Below, piece by piece: positions 63,606 through 64,000 of a DNA stretch of 64,000 nucleotides. The notes under the pieces are model-generated. The model saw only the letters and a program-made list of their open reading frames with translations, did not search any database and was not told where the DNA came from. How positions within the stretch are numbered: the stretch's first letter is position 1; the number at the start of each line of letters is the position of its first letter. Source of the DNA: Meyerozyma guilliermondii (lineage: Eukaryota); assembly GCA_051546255.1 (NCBI GenBank), contig CP128819.1, positions 62,001 to 126,000 of the forward strand, in the 5' to 3' direction. The position numbers were made by a program, and so were the translations under genes.

Positions 63606-64000
63606 ATGACTGAGGCGAAGCGACGCAAAAGAGCGCCTCTCTCGTGTCTCCAGTGCAAGCGGAGAAAAGTAAAATGTGACAAGGACCGTCCGGCGTGTGG
63701 TGGCTGTGTCAAAAATGGCGTTGGTCATCTTTGTGAATTTGTAGATCCTCCTTGGCTGACGGGAACAGCCGAAGTTGTGGCCGAGAAAACAAGCGCCAAA
63801 CACCATGTGGAAGAAAATAATGGGGTGATAGAACGCCAGAGGATCGAAATTGACAAGTTGCGACGAGAAGTCAATGTGTTGAGACAGGTTTATTCCAGCA
63901 AATTGAAGTCGATGGAGTCAGATAGCGAGCAGATAACGGTTCTCCAGAAGCTCAGGAACATGAATCGAGAGCCTGATACCATTGAATTCGACACGGACTT
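63606..64000 (+). CDS. Zn(II)2Cys6 transcription factor, Mrr1-like, 5' part only (runs off window)
   Basis: Manual translation: MTEAKRRKRAPLSCLQCKRRKVKCDKDRPACGGCVKNGVGHLCEFVDPPW; absent from the ORF track because no stop occurs in the window. Confidence 0.9.
   Translation, partial: MTEAKRRKRAPLSCLQCKRRKVKCDKDRPACGGCVKNGVGHLCEFVDPPWLTGTAEVVAEKTSAKHHVEENNGVIERQRIEIDKLRREVNVLRQVYSSKLKSMESDSEQITVLQKLRNMNREPDTIEFDTD

Overview
Eukaryotic, gene-dense budding-yeast DNA from the CUG-Ser (CTG) clade. In-frame CTG codons fall at conserved Ser positions, and the moderate GC and tiny introns are compatible with a Meyerozyma-like species (inference). About 38 protein-coding genes are supportable, mostly conserved housekeeping genes whose neighbourhood echoes S. 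cerevisiae blocks: PHO84, two LPP1/DPP-type phosphatases, SAM2, MRC1, KRR1, ADF1-like, GIN4, EMG1, LCD1, RPL37, TOS4/PLM2, PRM1, SMT3, PSP1, FUS1-like, SKG3/CAF120, VTA1, SDH5, FRQ1, SWI6, PRP11, FAD1, RTG1, MTF2, HST1/SIR2, MTS1, MLS1, a GRX6/7-type glutaredoxin, RPS11, a large ALS-family adhesin, GLR1, SMD3 and a truncated Zn2Cys6 factor. Four genes are spliced and mis-called or missed by the ORF track, including a hidden 62-aa Cys-rich gene at 24814-25045. I recognised no tRNA, rRNA, transposon or CRISPR-like array, and I see no clear evidence of a new multi-gene system. The best leads are the hidden Cys-rich microprotein, an ALS adhesin lacking both canonical functional signatures, a diverged ~1.1 kb tandem duplication upstream of it, and several cis-element arrays. 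Gene names come from motif recognition, not database searches.
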